Assembly (NCBI GenBank): GCA_963803415.1
Contig: CAWDMI010000006.1
Span: forward strand, 92,399-156,398
From: an uncultured delta proteobacterium
GTDB taxonomy: Bacteria; Desulfobacterota; Binatia; UBA9968
Length of the DNA stretch: 64,000 bases
Direction: 5' to 3'
Each line of letters starts with the position of its first letter. Position 1 is the first letter of the stretch. The notes beneath the pieces were generated by a model, which saw only the letters and a program-made list of their open reading frames with translations, did not search any database and was not told the DNA's origin. A program made the position numbers and the translations under genes. Shown here in pieces: positions 1 to 10,991 of the stretch.

Positions 1-2
1 GG

Positions 3-716
3 TTTTCCAAAAGGCACCTTTACGCTGATCCTGATGAACGGTACGTGTTCATGGCGCAAGGAGACGGCGGGTCTGGAATCGGCGCCATCAATACCAGCTT
101 GGTGAAAGTCGACGAGATTCAGTCCTGGTGGGATCTCCTCGCGCCGAAATTAAAGGGTAGGATCGTTATGACCGACCCGAACTCGGCCGGCAACATCGGA
201 AGCTGGAGATTCCTTTACTACAGCACGGATCTAGGGCCCGACTTTATCAAACGTCTGCTGACCGAAGCCTCCCTGACGTTTGCCGCGAACGAGCATCAGA
301 TGATGGATTGGGTTGGGTCCGGAAAATACAACATTCACGTGATGGCGAAGCTTGAGAATACCCAAAACGCGCGCAAGCAGGGCTTGCCGGTGATGCAGGT
401 CTTTAGCGAGAAGGAGGGTGACGCGCTGAGCACGGGCTCTGGACACCTGTGCGTGTTCAAAGAAACGCCCCATCCAAACGCCACGAGAATCTACGTCAAT
501 TGGTTTTTATCGAAGCAAGGACAGCTCGCGTGGCAGCAGTATACCGGGAGGAATTCCTTCCGCACGGACATCCCCAAGGACATGCTGCCCTTCAAGGACG
601 AGCAAGCACCGAAAGAAGGAAAAAATTATCTCCTTTCGAGCTTACCGAAATACGAGGACGTGGCACCGCTCAGAAAGCTGGTTGACGAAACTTTAGCTCA
701 GGTGAAGCAGAAATGA
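3..716 (+). CDS. ABC transporter substrate-binding protein (AfuA/FbpA-like), 5'-truncated by window edge
   Basis: Frame is open from base 3; contains LLAPKLKGRI and PHPNATRIYVNWFLSKQGQ motifs shared with the paralogs below. Confidence 0.85.
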   Translation, partial: FSKRHLYADPDERYVFMAQGDGGSGIGAINTSLVKVDEIQSWWDLLAPKLKGRIVMTDPNSAGNIGSWRFLYYSTDLGPDFIKRLLTEASLTFAANEHQMMDWVGSGKYNIHVMAKLENTQNARKQGLPVMQVFSEKEGDALSTGSGHLCVFKETPHPNATRIYVNWFLSKQGQLAWQQYTGRNSFRTDIPKDMLPFKDEQAPKEGKNYLLSSLPKYEDVAPLRKLVDETLAQVKQK

Positions 717-1870
717 GCACAAGGATCTCAGGGTCGAGGCTGAGGCTGGAATGCCGGGTTGTCGCCCGTGTGCTCCTGGGGTGTTGTCTCATGGTTGTTT
801 GGCGGCCACAAGATTTGCGCGCTGCCGACGCCGACCCATCATGGCAACAGGGATGGCAAAAAGTCGTTACCGCTGCGGAGCAGGAAGGACAAGTGACGGT
901 CTACGCGCCGCCGGGCAAGCCATATCAGGATGCGATTGCGACGTTTCAGGAAAAATACCCGCGGATCAACCTCAACTATGTTCCCGGTTCAGGGACGAAC
1001 AATTCGCAAAAGCTGCTCTCCGAGCGCAGGGCGGATAAGTACATTGATGATGTCTTCATCGGGGGTTCAGGCACGCTGACTCTGGTGCTGCTGAAAAGCG
1101 GGGTTTTGGATTCTATCCCGCCCGTGTTGGTGCTGCCGGAGAATAGAGATCCGGGACTTTGGTTTTCCAAGAAATACACGTACGCGGATGCAAAAAATCA
1201 GCATGTATTTATGTTCCAGGGTAACGTGTCGACCGATATCGGCGCCTACAATACCCAGCTCGTCGATGCGGGCGAGATCAAATCGTTCTGGGACGTGCTC
1301 AATCCCAAGTGGAAAAGCAAGATGGTGGCTTTTGACCCCAAAGAGCGAGGGCATATCCAGCGGATGAGGGCTATCTATTACAACCCCGTTCTTGGAGGTG
1401 AGTTCATTCGCCGGCTTTTCTCCGAGATGGACGTGACCGTGGCGCGGGATCAAAGACAACTGCTGGACTGGGTCGCCAGTGGAAAGGCGCAAATCTATCT
1501 GTTTGCGACCGCCAGCGACGTTGATGACGCGCAGAAAAAAGGTCTCCCCGTCGGAGTCCTCGTCGGAAAACCCGAGGAGGGCTACATGTCTGGCGGCTTC
1601 GGGCACCTGGGTTTAATCGACAAAGCTCCACACCCCAATGCTGCCAAGATTTTCGTGAACTGGTTGTTATCCAAAGAGGGCCAACTTCAGTGGCAGAAGA
1701 AGTCGGACAACAACTCGCTCAGAACGGATATTCCGAAAGAGATGTTGAGCGACCAAAAGAGCATTCCAAAAGAAGGGGGCAAGTATCTCAATGCCAGTTT
1801 GCCGGAGTATGAAGACGTTCGACCGTTGCTGAAGATCGTTGACGAAGCCCTGAATACGACGAAGAAATGA
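713..1870 (+). CDS. ABC transporter substrate-binding protein (AfuA/FbpA-like)
   Basis: Signal-peptide-like N-terminus, AAEQEGQVTVY, LNPKWKSK, APHPNAAKIFVNWLLSKEGQ. Confidence 0.9.
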   Translation: MSTRISGSRLRLECRVVARVLLGCCLMVVWRPQDLRAADADPSWQQGWQKVVTAAEQEGQVTVYAPPGKPYQDAIATFQEKYPRINLNYVPGSGTNNSQKLLSERRADKYIDDVFIGGSGTLTLVLLKSGVLDSIPPVLVLPENRDPGLWFSKKYTYADAKNQHVFMFQGNVSTDIGAYNTQLVDAGEIKSFWDVLNPKWKSKMVAFDPKERGHIQRMRAIYYNPVLGGEFIRRLFSEMDVTVARDQRQLLDWVASGKAQIYLFATASDVDDAQKKGLPVGVLVGKPEEGYMSGGFGHLGLIDKAPHPNAAKIFVNWLLSKEGQLQWQKKSDNNSLRTDIPKEMLSDQKSIPKEGGKYLNASLPEYEDVRPLLKIVDEALNTTKK

Positions 1871-1886
1871 TAAGGAGGCAGGATCT

Positions 1887-3059
1887 ATGCTCACCAGAGA
1901 AGAAAACGAGATGCTGACGCGCGTAGGCCCGGGAACGCCCGCCGGAGAACTGCTGCGGCGTTACTGGCATCCCGTCGCCGTCGCCCAGGAGTTGACCGAG
2001 CGAAGTCCCACCCAGGTCGTGAGGATTCTCGGTGAAACCTTGGTGCTGTTTCGCGACCAGACCGGGAGAGTTGGACTCATCGAGGATCGCTGTGCCCACC
2101 GCGGAGCTTCCCTCTGTTACGGTCGAGTCGAGGAGCGCGGCATCGCCTGCCCGTATCATGGCTGGCTTTACGATACTCACGGCAACTGCCTTGAGACGCC
2201 GCCGGAACCCGCCGAGAGCCAGTTCAGGCTCACCGTAAAGCAAAAGGCTTACCCGGTGCAGAAATTCGTCGGGCTGTACTGGACCTACATGGGCCCGGCT
2301 CCGTTGCCGGTGATTCCAAAGTACGATGTTTGGGCGCGCAAAGACGGGACGAGAAAAATTTTTGTCCAGCCCCAGTTGGACTGCAATTGGTTCCAAGCGA
2401 TGGAGAACTCGGTTGATCCCGCCCACCTACAGATCCTGCACCAGGAAACTGCAATAGATTCTAGCCGTCGCCCGGCTGCGAGCACGACGCGGGGTTTCAC
2501 AGACGATATCGAGGGGTTTGATTTCTACGAGGTTGCTTTCGGGATCATGAAACGGCGAAAGTACAAGAATGGAATGCTCGACGAGCATCCCTTGATTTTC
2601 CCCAGCATTTTGCGGCAGGGAAATGCGACGCAGATTAGGGTACCCATCGATGACACGCATACCAAAGTGTTTTTCGTGCGCTTTTATGCCACTGCGGATG
2701 GGAAGGCCGTTGAAGAAAATGAGAACCTGCCCGTGGAATATGTGAAACCCTACAAGAACCCGCCGGAAGCGCTTCATCCCTTCACAAAGTTCCGTATGGA
2801 CGCGGTGCAGGCACAGGACCACATGGCATGGGAAACGCAGGGGCCGATCGCGGATCGCACGCGCGAGCGTCTCACTTCATCGGACCGCGGCATCGTCATG
2901 CTGCGCCAGATCATGAAGCGGGAGATGGACAAGGTACGCCAGGGATTGGATCCCCTGGGCGTGATCAGGGATCCATCACACGCGGTCATCGACACCAATC
3001 TGATGGAATCCATCAAACAGGCGGCGCAATCGCGCGCGCCTGAAGTCAAGGTAGCCTAA
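1887..3059 (+). CDS. Rieske non-heme iron aromatic oxygenase, alpha subunit (phthalate 4,5-dioxygenase-like)
   Basis: Rieske CAHR...CPYH; mononuclear Fe motif ENSVDPAHLQILH; N-terminal VGPGTPAGELLRRYW; AGGAGG RBS. Confidence 0.92.
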   Translation: MLTREENEMLTRVGPGTPAGELLRRYWHPVAVAQELTERSPTQVVRILGETLVLFRDQTGRVGLIEDRCAHRGASLCYGRVEERGIACPYHGWLYDTHGNCLETPPEPAESQFRLTVKQKAYPVQKFVGLYWTYMGPAPLPVIPKYDVWARKDGTRKIFVQPQLDCNWFQAMENSVDPAHLQILHQETAIDSSRRPAASTTRGFTDDIEGFDFYEVAFGIMKRRKYKNGMLDEHPLIFPSILRQGNATQIRVPIDDTHTKVFFVRFYATADGKAVEENENLPVEYVKPYKNPPEALHPFTKFRMDAVQAQDHMAWETQGPIADRTRERLTSSDRGIVMLRQIMKREMDKVRQGLDPLGVIRDPSHAVIDTNLMESIKQAAQSRAPEVKVA

Positions 3060-3290
3060 CCAGCAAATTTCACGCTTAGCGAATCCGCCGCGCTGCCATC
3101 GATGCTGCAGTGCGGCGGGTCAGGTTCCCACCAGTCGGTTACAACGTCACGGCAGGCGCCAAAGCCCGTTCGTCTGACGAAAAGGTTTTACGCGTAACCG
3201 ATCTGCCGCGTAACCTCCTTGCCACATCCCGGCCGAGAGGATATGATCCTTGCGCTTTCGCGGGAACAAGCGGGCCGTGGACAAGAGGCC

Positions 3291-4385
3291 ATGATGCAAA
3301 AAGCGGTTTTGGAATTTTCTCACGTCGTGAAACGTTACGGGTCGGTTCTTGCGGTCGACGGAATCAGCTTCAGTATTGCTCCGGGAGAATTCTTCACCCT
3401 GCTCGGTCCTTCGGGCTGCGGCAAGACCACCACGCTAAGACTTGTCGCGGGGTTGGAAGAGCCGGACGGAGGCGAGATCCGGCTTGACGGCGAGGCCATC
3501 GCGTCGCCGAAAGAGGGAATTTTTCTTCAGCCCGATAAACGCAAGATGGGAATGGTTTTTCAATCGTACGCGATCTGGCCGCACCTGACGGTTTTTGAAA
3601 ACGTGGCGTTCCCGCTTCGAGTCCGCAGGGAGTCGGCGAACGCCATGCGGCAGCGCGTCGCGGAGGCTTTGAGCCTGGTGGGTCTTGCCGGCCTGCAGGA
3701 CCGCGGCGCCACCGAGCTTTCCGGCGGCCAACAGCAGCGGGTCGCGCTGGCGCGCGCCCTCGTCTACACGCCTTCGATCCTTCTGCTCGATGAACCGCTG
3801 TCCAATCTAGACGCGAAGCTCAGGGAACAGATGAGATTCGAGCTCCGGGGGCTGCAGCGCAGGCTCAACCTTCCCGTTCTCTATGTGACGCACGACCAGA
3901 CGGAAGCGATGACCCTCTCGGACCGGATCGCGGTTGTCAACGGCGGCCGCCTGGAACAGGTCGGAACGCCGCTGGAAATGTATGAACATCCGGCGACAAC
4001 CTTCGTCGGTGAGTTTCTCGGGCGGACGATCATTCTGGAAGGACGCGTGCAAAAGAGAAACGGCAAGAGTTGGATTGAACTCTCCAACGAGAGCGGCCGT
4101 CTTTTCGTGGGCCGCGATGATTGCGGGGCTTTCCAGGACGGCGCCGCGGTGCGCGTGGTATCGAGGCCCGAGGACATCGAAATTCTACCTGCTGGCGACA
4201 TGGGTGCGAATGAATTGCCCGCGACAGTCGAAGAGGTGGCCTACCTGGGCGACCGATTCGAGTACAGCGTGAGCGCGGCCGGCCGATCTTTTCTTCTGCC
4301 CGCGCCGAAGAAAACCCGCTTCACCTCTGGCTCTCAAGTTCGCCTCGCCTTCGACCCCGAGCGGGTCAACGTGTTGCCGGCGTGA
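3291..4385 (+). CDS. ABC transporter ATP-binding protein (PotA/FbpC-like, TOBE domain)
   Basis: Walker A GPSGCGKT, signature LSGGQQQR, Walker B LLLDEP, YVTHDQ; start chosen at ATG 3291 after GAGG. Confidence 0.93.
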   Translation: MMQKAVLEFSHVVKRYGSVLAVDGISFSIAPGEFFTLLGPSGCGKTTTLRLVAGLEEPDGGEIRLDGEAIASPKEGIFLQPDKRKMGMVFQSYAIWPHLTVFENVAFPLRVRRESANAMRQRVAEALSLVGLAGLQDRGATELSGGQQQRVALARALVYTPSILLLDEPLSNLDAKLREQMRFELRGLQRRLNLPVLYVTHDQTEAMTLSDRIAVVNGGRLEQVGTPLEMYEHPATTFVGEFLGRTIILEGRVQKRNGKSWIELSNESGRLFVGRDDCGAFQDGAAVRVVSRPEDIEILPAGDMGANELPATVEEVAYLGDRFEYSVSAAGRSFLLPAPKKTRFTSGSQVRLAFDPERVNVLPA

Positions 4386-4476
4386 ATTCGTGTTGCTGAA
4401 GAGTCCCTTTTCCCTTTGTTGGATCATCGGACACTTGGACCAACCGCGAGGTTCCCGGTAGAAAGGATTTTAACTC

Positions 4477-5394
4477 GTGGTCATCGATTGTCACGCGCAT
4501 TTGGTTCCGCCGAGTTGGTTTCATCCGAAATCGCCGAGGTCTATCTTTGACCTAGAAGGCTTGTTCAAAGAGCAGGATGAAGCCGGGGTCGATCTCACCG
4601 TGTTCGGTAACAACTGGATTCGCTCGCCGGATGGGCACGATCCGCTTCGAGTCGTTCAAGAGTTTAACGCGTACGCAGCCGAGCTGACCGCCAAACATCC
4701 GCAGCGGCTGCTCGGGCTCGCCTGCTCGGTGCCGTTTGACGACGGACAAATCTTGAAGGAAACGGAACGGGCCGTGAAGGAGTATAAGCTGAAGGGAATC
4801 ATGGTGAACTCCAGCGCAAAAGGCGAGTATCTCGACTCGCCGCGCGCGGCGCCGTTCTTTCAGCTCGCGAGTGAACTGGACGTGCCGGTCTTCATCCACC
4901 CGCCGAAAGTCACGATCGGGAACGAAAAGATGGAGATCTTTCGGCTGCCCGAAATGATCGGCAGGCCTTTTGACACCACGTTGTCGTTGGCCCGATTCAT
5001 CCTCACCGGCGGGCTGGAGAAATTTCCCAAGTTGAGGATGGTCTGCGCGCATGTCGGGGGTGCGCTGCCGATGCTGCCTGGCAGGCTTGGGTGCGGTTAC
5101 GAGCTGCGTAAAGATAGGAGCTTTGGACCCTGGGAGCCGGACCTGATCACGCGTCCCCCGGCGACTTATATCCAAGAGCTTTATTTCGACACGGTGTCGC
5201 TCCACCCGCCGGCGGTCCAATGCGCGATCGACACGATCGGCATCGACCATGTCCTTTTTGGCAGCGACTCGCCGCCGGTCCCCATTGCCCTTAAACGGTC
5301 CGTCGACGTGATCCACGCCTTGAAAATCACGGATAGTGACAAGCAGAAGATCCTGGGTGGCAATGCGGCGAAACTCCTCGGCTTGGCTGGATAG
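4477..5394 (+). CDS. Amidohydrolase_2 family protein (ACMSD/LigW-like decarboxylase or hydrolase)
   Basis: IDCHAH, VFIHP, AHVGG, YFDT, LFGSDSP motifs. Confidence 0.88.
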   Translation: MVIDCHAHLVPPSWFHPKSPRSIFDLEGLFKEQDEAGVDLTVFGNNWIRSPDGHDPLRVVQEFNAYAAELTAKHPQRLLGLACSVPFDDGQILKETERAVKEYKLKGIMVNSSAKGEYLDSPRAAPFFQLASELDVPVFIHPPKVTIGNEKMEIFRLPEMIGRPFDTTLSLARFILTGGLEKFPKLRMVCAHVGGALPMLPGRLGCGYELRKDRSFGPWEPDLITRPPATYIQELYFDTVSLHPPAVQCAIDTIGIDHVLFGSDSPPVPIALKRSVDVIHALKITDSDKQKILGGNAAKLLGLAG

Positions 5395-5401
5395 CGACGA
5401 A

Positions 5402-6151
5402 TTACGAGCCGCCCTCCAGTTCTTTAATAATCGCCGGTGACAGGGAGGGTCTGACGAATTCGTTGTAAATGCACTCGTTTTGCAGCCACATGATGTCCGC
5501 TCGTTGCTTCACGGCTTCGCGCAGCTCATTTTGCAGGTGGACTTCCATGCAGTGTTGTTTGATCACGTCGGCCACCATGTCGCCATGTCCTTTATCGTGG
5601 TACTCATGGGCGCGGAAGAAATCCAAACAATCTGCGGGAATCCACACATAGTGTTTCGCCAACGCCTCCCGTTCCGCTTTCATTCGCATTGGGCCGCCGC
5701 CTTCGAAGACCAGTCCGGTACCGATCGCGACCGCCCAATGGCTGCGTTGCACCAGCGACACGTACATCTCCAGCGCCGCTCGTATGCCGGGAAGCGGGTC
5801 GTAATTGAGAATATCGTCGCGTGCAATGCCGAGCCCGACGGCGAATTTTACCCAGAGCTCGGCGTGACTTGGATACTTTCCGCCGAACAGATCTTCGCCC
5901 TCCTCTTCAACCATGTTCTCGAGCAACATTCTGCGCAGTTCCGGAATCGGGCACTTCTGATAGCGGATACCGAAGAAGCGATGGATGTTGCGGAATTCGT
6001 GAAACTGGTTGCGGGCCCACCCTTGCAGCTGTTCTTTGGTGAGACGGCCGTTCAAAAGAAGCTGCCGCACGGCATGGGGCTTCGCGTGGCGCCGCTGCAA
6101 CGTATGCTGAAGATCGACAATCAGTTCTTCCGGAGCGAGTAAGTTGACCAT
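5402..6151 (-). CDS. PqqC/CADD-like heme-oxygenase-fold dimetal oxidase
   Basis: ENMVEEEG...SHAELW, LVFEG and FFRAHEYHDKGH match the E/H/E/H/D/H ligand pattern; GAGGTGG RBS before ATG 6151. Confidence 0.8.
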   Translation of the reverse strand: MVNLLAPEELIVDLQHTLQRRHAKPHAVRQLLLNGRLTKEQLQGWARNQFHEFRNIHRFFGIRYQKCPIPELRRMLLENMVEEEGEDLFGGKYPSHAELWVKFAVGLGIARDDILNYDPLPGIRAALEMYVSLVQRSHWAVAIGTGLVFEGGGPMRMKAEREALAKHYVWIPADCLDFFRAHEYHDKGHGDMVADVIKQHCMEVHLQNELREAVKQRADIMWLQNECIYNEFVRPSLSPAIIKELEGGS

Positions 6152-6265
6152 AACCACCTCTGCGTTCGCGGGAAGTTCACGAGCACTAGCCGATAAGAAT
6201 CTAGCGCTTTGCCGCGAGCATTGTAAAGTGGCCGCCTCTATGGGTTCTTCGGGGAGTTCTAAGCT

Positions 6266-7480
6266 GTGAGGCTGTGTGCGTGCTCGTACCACGTGCCTCT
6301 CTGCGTGCCGTATTGGACCGGGGCCACTTATCGTGAAATTGCTCGGTCCCTGCTCTCGGGCAGCGTCATCAACGGGCTCGATCTGGACAGGCTCAGCTCC
6401 TCAATAATCGATAAACTTGGGGTCCAGGAGGCCGTCCCCTGCGGCTCAGGAAAATTGGCCCTCGAAATCGCACTGCGCGCTTGCCGCGTTGTGGAAGGGG
6501 ATGAAGTGGTGATTCCGACCTTTTGTTGCACCACTGTTGTCTTGCCGATCTTGGCTGTCGGAGCGCTCCCCGTGCTCGCCGACATCGGCGCTGATCTCAA
6601 CTTGACCGCGGAGACGGTCGCGGCGGTTCTGACGGAAAAAACAACCGCTGTCATCGTGCCCCACCTTTTTGGCAATCCTGCGGATATCAGCGCAATCATA
6701 AAGCTTGTTTCCACCCGAGGCATTCGAGTTATCGACGATGCGGCCCAGGCTTTAGGAGCGACAGTCGGGGGACAATCGGTTGGCAGTTTCGGGGATGCCG
6801 GAATTGTCAGCTTTGGCGACGAGAAAGTTTGTTTCGGACTCGGGGGCGGTGTCGCTGTTACTCGGAGAAAAGGGTTTCTTAGCGGTCGCCCGGGGGGGGA
6901 TTTAGCGCCTGCGCACCTGTCGCCAGCAATACGAAGGTTTTTGTCGACGCTGGTTTGGCGGCGCTGGCGGCGCTGGACGTTGCCGCTGCGAGCCGGGCTG
7001 TCCCCCGTGACCGCACTGAGACCGGACTTGCCTCCCGCTCCGTACCGAAAAGAGGCGATGGCCAATCTGAACGCGGCAGTTGCGGTGAGTCTCCTAGAGA
7101 ATCTGGAACAGAACGTGGCCGCGCGTCGAGCGCGGGTGGAAGCCTATCAGGAATTGCTGGGCAAAGAGGCACGACTAGCGCTCATTCCGCACCGGCGTGG
7201 GTCTGCCTGCCTCACACAGGTGACGCGAGTCCTACCGCGACGTAACGGGGATGAAGTGTCCACGGAACTCGTGAGAATGCTGGGTGAGGCAGGCTATGAA
7301 GTTCAAGGAAGTTATCTACCCATCCACCTGCTCAGTCATTATCAGCAATTCGTGAGGGAGCGTCTTCCATGTGCCGAACGAATCTGGGACCAATTGATCG
7401 AGCTTCCGTGTGAACCGGAGGTGAATTTCGCTCACATAGAGCGGATCGCTTCCATCGTTAAGCAAGCTGTCAAAATGTGA
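6266..7480 (+). CDS. DegT/DnrJ/EryC1/StrS family PLP-dependent aminotransferase
   Basis: GDEVVIPTF, VIVPHLFGNPAD, IDDAAQALGA, SFGDEK (PLP Lys); start uncertain. Confidence 0.85.
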   Translation: MRLCACSYHVPLCVPYWTGATYREIARSLLSGSVINGLDLDRLSSSIIDKLGVQEAVPCGSGKLALEIALRACRVVEGDEVVIPTFCCTTVVLPILAVGALPVLADIGADLNLTAETVAAVLTEKTTAVIVPHLFGNPADISAIIKLVSTRGIRVIDDAAQALGATVGGQSVGSFGDAGIVSFGDEKVCFGLGGGVAVTRRKGFLSGRPGGDLAPAHLSPAIRRFLSTLVWRRWRRWTLPLRAGLSPVTALRPDLPPAPYRKEAMANLNAAVAVSLLENLEQNVAARRARVEAYQELLGKEARLALIPHRRGSACLTQVTRVLPRRNGDEVSTELVRMLGEAGYEVQGSYLPIHLLSHYQQFVRERLPCAERIWDQLIELPCEPEVNFAHIERIASIVKQAVKM

Positions 7481-7587
7481 TGCGACCCTAATAGACAGAG
7501 CGCCCGACGAAAACCGAAGCTTACGGTACCACGATAATACAACTTATTCCAAGGCGAAGGTTTCTCGCAGGTTGGCAACAAGACCGA

Positions 7588-7730
7588 GTGAACGGCAACT
7601 ACGGCGCGGCGGTGAATTACGAGCCGAGCAGTTTTAGCGGCCCGGTCGAAGACCGGAGCCTCAAGGAACCGCCGCTCAAGATCTTGGGGGAGGCGGATCG
7701 GTACGATCATCGCGACGGCAACGATCCAGT
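7588..7730 (+). pseudogene. Short remnant of a monofunctional heme catalase C-terminal region
   Basis: [45 protein letters not shown] resembles the clade-3 catalase segment (NYEPNS...EPPL...G.ADRY.HR..ND); no upstream catalase core. Confidence 0.7.
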
Positions 7731-8345
7731 AAGGCTTCCGGATACCCGGCGTACAGGCTTTGAGACCACCGCTTATTCGATACATTTCGAAGGTTTCCGC
7801 TCGCAATGGCGTCAAAAGAAGCGGTCCGCTGTATCGGTCCTGGATTAAGAAGCAGAAAGCAGTCTAGGTTTTAGAAGGCGCGGTCAAATACTTCACTTGC
7901 TATGGCGAGGCGCATGGTGACCGCCTCGTGACTTCGGTAAGACCTCGCCAAAGCTTACGATGAAGTGGTAATGGAGCCCAAGTAGATCGCGTATGCAAAG
8001 GTAACCCTGTCTCGATGTAGCGGACCGACAACTCGTCATTATAAAGCCGATCGGATAGCTCGTTGTGAGCGAGGATTAAGGCTATCTCTCCTGACTTTGT
8101 TTTTGTCGTAAGGTTTGGCTGAACGGAGCTTCCAGGAATTAGGGCCAGTTAATTGTTCGATGGGCTACGAAATGTTTCGCCGGACTGCTTTTCTCCCCTC
8201 CCACATCAGCATCCCGACAAAGTCGTTGCCAGTAGGGTTGACAGATCCGCGCTTGGTCGCATAATCTCTGCAAAAAATGGCGAATAGCCAACAAAAACTG
8301 CCCGTCGACGATAGACCGGAGGGGTGAAACGCTGAGGGCCGCTTA

Positions 8346-9635
8346 GTGAAAAGAGTACTAGCCATTATTTTAGGCGGAGGCGCCGGAACCCGGCTTTATC
8401 CGTTAACTAAACTTCGAGCCAAGCCGGCCGTTCCGTTAGCTGCCAAATATCGCTTGATCGATATTCCCATCAGTAATTGCATCAACTCCGAGATTCAAAG
8501 GATTTATGTTTTGACGCAATTTAACTCGGCCTCTCTCAACCGACATATTGCCCGCACCTATGGCATGGCAGGTTTCTCTCAGGGATTTGTTGAAGTGCTG
8601 GCGGCCCAGCAAACGCCGGAAAGCCCGAGTTGGTTCGAAGGAACTGCTGACGCCGTGCGCAAATATCTCTGGTTATTCGCGGAGTGGGATGTCGATCAGT
8701 ACCTGATTTTGTCCGGCGATCACCTGTACCGGATGAATTACGCGGATTTTATTCAGCGCCATCGGGAGACAAAGGCAGACATCACGCTTTCGGTAGTACC
8801 GGCCGATGAGGGTCGGGCGTCGGACTTCGGTTTGATGAAAATTGATAAAGCCGGGCGCGTGATGTCTTTCAGCGAAAAACCCAAGGGTGATGCTCTCAAG
8901 GCGATGTGGGTAGACACAACAGTTCTCGGCCTGCCGCTGGCAATAGCGAAGGAGTTTCCCTATATCGCTTCTATGGGTATCTATGTGTTTGAAAAGCGGG
9001 TATTGCACGACTTGTTAAACGAAGTCCGCGACCGAACGGATTTTGGTAAAGAAGTCCTTCCAGCATCAGCGAGAGATTACAATGTGCAGGCCTATCTGTT
9101 CAAAGACTACTGGGAAGATATTGGGACGATCGAAGCGTTTTACAACGCAAATCTGGCGCTCACCCATCAGCCAGATCCCCCCTTCAGTTTCTACGATGAA
9201 AAGGCACCTATCTATACGCGGTCGCGCTACCTGCCCCCCACGAAGTTGCTCGACTCCAAAGTGATTGAGTCGATGGTCGGCGAGGGATGCATTCTCAAGG
9301 AATGTACGATCAGGCGCTCGGTCATCGGAATTCGATCCCGCATCGAAACCGGTTGCGTTATCGACAATGCCTTATTGATGGGATCTGACTACTACGAATC
9401 CCCTATCGAACGTTTGAAAACCTTGGAGAGTGGGAAAGTTCCCCTGGGCGTGGGGGCAAACACGACGATCCAAAGAGCCATTGTCGACAAAAATGCACGC
9501 ATCGGGCGCAATGTTAGAATCGTGAATAAAGATTGCGTGGCGGAGGCGAGCCGGGAAGATCTGGGCTTTGTCATCCAAAGTGGGATTGTCGTCGTAATAA
9601 AGAACGCAACAATTCCTGACGGCACGGTCATCTAG
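8346..9635 (+). CDS. glgC: Glucose-1-phosphate adenylyltransferase (ADP-glucose pyrophosphorylase), cyanobacterial/plant type
   Basis: [51 protein letters not shown]-terminal [17 protein letters not shown]. Confidence 0.96.
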   Translation: MKRVLAIILGGGAGTRLYPLTKLRAKPAVPLAAKYRLIDIPISNCINSEIQRIYVLTQFNSASLNRHIARTYGMAGFSQGFVEVLAAQQTPESPSWFEGTADAVRKYLWLFAEWDVDQYLILSGDHLYRMNYADFIQRHRETKADITLSVVPADEGRASDFGLMKIDKAGRVMSFSEKPKGDALKAMWVDTTVLGLPLAIAKEFPYIASMGIYVFEKRVLHDLLNEVRDRTDFGKEVLPASARDYNVQAYLFKDYWEDIGTIEAFYNANLALTHQPDPPFSFYDEKAPIYTRSRYLPPTKLLDSKVIESMVGEGCILKECTIRRSVIGIRSRIETGCVIDNALLMGSDYYESPIERLKTLESGKVPLGVGANTTIQRAIVDKNARIGRNVRIVNKDCVAEASREDLGFVIQSGIVVVIKNATIPDGTVI

Positions 9636-9753
9636 CGGGACGGCGGGCGGTGATGAACAGCGGTCGGTTACTCATAGTTGCGCACGTCCGTTGTCGGATG
9701 GCGGTTGATGAGTTCCCGATTCCTAAGTGATAGCGCTACAAGCCAGGCCACCG

Positions 9754-10794
9754 TTAAGTCCGCTCCACCGGCAGTTTCTGTTTGTTCCAATCCAGCATTC
9801 CGCCTTTGAGATTTGACACGTGATCGAAGCCAAGGCCGGTGAGGATGGCGGCGGCGGTGGTGCTGCGGACGCCAGCGCGGCAAATGGCGATGAGGTGCTT
9901 GTCTTTGTAGCCCTCAAGCTCGCTTGCCCGCGCGGGGAGATTTTGAAGTGGGATCAGGATGCTACCAGCAATATGTCCAAGCTCACCCGTGTATTCGTCG
10001 GGCTCGCGGACGTCGACGAGAATGGGCGAGGGGGACGCTGCAACAAGCAATTGGACTTGATTCGGCGTAAGCTGATGAACCTGGTTTAGCTCCCCTAAAG
10101 AGGGGAAGCGAAGCCGGTCGTCATCCAAGGCGGATTGGTTCGGCTGGAGCACTTCCTGTATCTTATCCGGAAGCGGTAACCCAAGGTTGTTCATCACCTC
10201 GATATAGGCTTCCCGCGTCCGGTTGGCTATACGGGGATTTAGCCGTTGTTCGTCACCGATGGTGGACTGGGTGTTGCCGCGGTAGTCATGGGCGGGAAAG
10301 ACCAGCGTCTCGGCAGGCAACACCAAGAGCTTCTGCGTAATGGAGTCGAACTGCTCACCCGCGTCGCCCCCGGCAAAATCACATCGTCCGGTTCCTCGGA
10401 TCAGGAGCGTATCGCCGGTGAAGACTCGATCTCCCGCATAGAGACTCATGCTGTCGGGCGTGTGGCCGGGCGTGGACATAACTTGCAGCTCGATTTCTCC
10501 GATGGGAATTTTCGCCCCGTCGTCGACATGGACGTCGACGTGCGGCGCGGGCGCTTTGCTATGCATAACGACTTTGGCGCCGGTCAAATCTTTGAGCTCA
10601 AAGCAAGCGGTGCGGTGGTCGGCGTGCGTGTGCGTGTCGACCACTGCATCGAGCCGTAGATGATGGTAGGTGACAAGCGCGAGGTAGCGGTCAACTTTTT
10701 CTCGTATCGGGTCGATTAACACCGCTGCCCGGGTTTTCTCGCAGCCGATGAGATAGGTTTTGCATTTACTGCGGTTGAGTTCACGAAAAATCAT
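9754..10794 (-). CDS. Persulfide dioxygenase (ETHE1-like MBL fold)-rhodanese fusion
   Basis: DTHTHADH, TPGHT, FTGD, PAHDY; C-terminal rhodanese DVREPDEY...CRAGVRS. Confidence 0.9.
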   Translation of the reverse strand: MIFRELNRSKCKTYLIGCEKTRAAVLIDPIREKVDRYLALVTYHHLRLDAVVDTHTHADHRTACFELKDLTGAKVVMHSKAPAPHVDVHVDDGAKIPIGEIELQVMSTPGHTPDSMSLYAGDRVFTGDTLLIRGTGRCDFAGGDAGEQFDSITQKLLVLPAETLVFPAHDYRGNTQSTIGDEQRLNPRIANRTREAYIEVMNNLGLPLPDKIQEVLQPNQSALDDDRLRFPSLGELNQVHQLTPNQVQLLVAASPSPILVDVREPDEYTGELGHIAGSILIPLQNLPARASELEGYKDKHLIAICRAGVRSTTAAAILTGLGFDHVSNLKGGMLDWNKQKLPVERT

Positions 10795-10991
10795 TAGAGG
10801 GACTCCTGATTAATAGGCCGGTTTCGTCGATACAATCGACATCACCAAGGATCGTATTTTACCCCGCCACCAATTTCAACTGAGGTTTCACCCGCAACGC
10901 TGGCTGCGCGCTGAAATGTTCACTTGATCTGTTCCCGTTCAGGCGATCAGATTGTATTTTTTGACAGCAACCAAGGCTGTCGCAAAAGATT

